Shown piece after piece: positions 62,635 through 64,000 of a stretch of 64,000 bases of DNA. The position numbers and the translations under genes are program-made. Position 1 is the stretch's first letter; the number at the start of each line of letters is the position of its first letter. This stretch comes from a bacterium (lineage in GTDB: Bacteria > Patescibacteriota > Dojkabacteria > SC72 > WJKH01). Below the pieces are notes generated by a model. The model was given only the letters and a program-made list of their open reading frames with translations. It was not told the origin of the DNA and did not search any database. The DNA is taken from NCBI GenBank assembly GCA_029547225.1, contig JAKPPS010000056.1, positions 25,356-89,355 of the forward strand, given 5' to 3'.

Positions 62635-62925
62635 AATTTGTTCTCTAAACCGATACTATAAATACTACTATATTCTATCTTACAGATTTTTACTAATCTT
62701 TCCGATTTTGTAATTCGGTAAAATACTCGATTAATAAAATGATCATACTATTAATTAATTAAATTTTTACTTTCTAACTTATTTATGAAGTTTTATCAAT
62801 TTGCATTTGCTATCCCATAAGATAAGGGTTAGGCATAAGAGTGGGGAATATTAATACGATAGGAATATTGACTATTTTATGATATAATAATAGAATAGAA
62901 AAAATAAAATTTTAAAAGCAAAAAA

Positions 62926-63399
62926 ATGCAAAATAACACTCCCCAAGATATTACAAAAAACCCAGTATCTAACGACAAAGAAGTACAGGATCTACTTGAC
63001 AAACTTTTTATGACTCTTAAAAGTGCAGGGATGTCCGATGAAGACTTGCTTGATCTCGGTCAACAAATAGTAGAAATATCATCAAATCGTATGATGGCGT
63101 ACTTGATGACAAGACTTACCGAAGATGAATTTAACAAATGGGATGCAGAATCAAAAAACGTATCCGAGTTAGAAATGATGGACATGCTTGACAAGATTAT
63201 CTTCGGAAAAACGGGAGAGCATATTGAAGAGATTCATAATCGTATAACTATTGCAATGATAAAATCTTCTATTAAATTTGTTGTTGATGAACCAGCATTG
63301 ATTAAGAAAATTTCGGAGAAAAACTTGACGGACGAACAGATAGACGAATTGATTAAACAAGTCGCTAACGGCGATACTTCAGGATTGGATAATTTATAA
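62926..63399 (+). CDS. Hypothetical acidic helical protein
   Basis: 157-aa ORF preceded by TTGACT-17 nt-TAGAAT. Confidence 0.7.
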   Translation: MQNNTPQDITKNPVSNDKEVQDLLDKLFMTLKSAGMSDEDLLDLGQQIVEISSNRMMAYLMTRLTEDEFNKWDAESKNVSELEMMDMLDKIIFGKTGEHIEEIHNRITIAMIKSSIKFVVDEPALIKKISEKNLTDEQIDELIKQVANGDTSGLDNL

Positions 63400-63411
63400 A
63401 CTTTTATTGTG

Positions 63412-64000
63412 ATGAGTTACTTAGAAGGATACAATCCAAAACAAGAACCAAATCCGCGACAACAAGACAGAGAACTTCTCGCTAAAGACCATCCAGGCGA
63501 ATTTATTATTGGTCAGAACATAGTAGAAGATGATATTATTTTTGCAGATGAAAAACAAACAAAAATTTTAATAGATAATAAGTATCAATTTCCTGGGATC
63601 TATGTTACAGTTACACAGCATATTTACCAACAAGAAGTACAAGGTAGGGAGATAATAATTAACAGTCGTTTTCCTAACAATGTCCATGGAGCTCCCCGTA
63701 TAGCACTCTTGGTTAATTCAGCAAAAAATGATGAAAGAGAAAAAGTAGTAAATAGAACAGCAGGTCCCATTACAGTTTTATATTTAGCTGATGGGGATTC
63801 AACAATTCAAACCATTGCAGAAAAAATCGAACAGTTATCCCAAGCCGATAAAAGTATTAGTTCAATATCAGGTGTATCACGAAGCGATTCTGGCAGGTAC
63901 TATTATGTTATCCAAGATGGTAAAAGAGTGGCATTTGAATACATACCTAACGATCAAAAATCTAGGAGAGCAGTTATACGATTACTTTTTATATCTGACG
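63412..64000 (+). CDS. Hypothetical protein, truncated at window end (absent from the ORF track)
   Basis: ATG 63412 (MSYLEGYNPK...), 12 nt after the previous stop; no stop codon to base 64000. Confidence 0.7.
   Translation, partial: MSYLEGYNPKQEPNPRQQDRELLAKDHPGEFIIGQNIVEDDIIFADEKQTKILIDNKYQFPGIYVTVTQHIYQQEVQGREIIINSRFPNNVHGAPRIALLVNSAKNDEREKVVNRTAGPITVLYLADGDSTIQTIAEKIEQLSQADKSISSISGVSRSDSGRYYYVIQDGKRVAFEYIPNDQKSRRAVIRLLFISD

Overview
AT-rich bacterial chromosomal segment using genetic code 11 (TGA ends ORFs). Gene content suggests a monoderm Patescibacteria/CPR genome, possibly Dojkabacteria; this is inferred from gene order and protein style, not from a search. Housekeeping genes: tatD, rsmI, truB, rarA, tyrS, tig, clpP, rpmF-nusB-rnc-rpsP-khpA, a holB-like gene, murB, gyrB, gyrA and tRNA-Val(GAC). 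A ~21-kb minus-strand type IV pilus locus carries pilB, pilT, pilC, five prepilins, pilD, a receiver-domain protein, a large Cys-rich adhesin candidate and pilMNO, with no pilQ in the window. Cell-wall and surface genes include GH18, GH3/NagZ, a frameshifted VanY-type peptidase, a sortase with a divergent Ig-domain substrate candidate, and Gmad2-like and Cys-cluster proteins. The most unusual signals are: long acidic disordered extensions on PilT and PilN; a membrane-anchored Clp/Hsp100 ATPase lacking both pore-loop aromatics and the IGF loop, paired with a small membrane protein; a PEP-synthase-like protein whose phosphocarrier His is replaced by Asp; a 498-bp integrase-less cassette at tRNA-Val; dispersed two-box intergenic repeats; and widespread leaderless-type promoter geometry. 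No CRISPR array, transposase, integrase or rRNA was seen.
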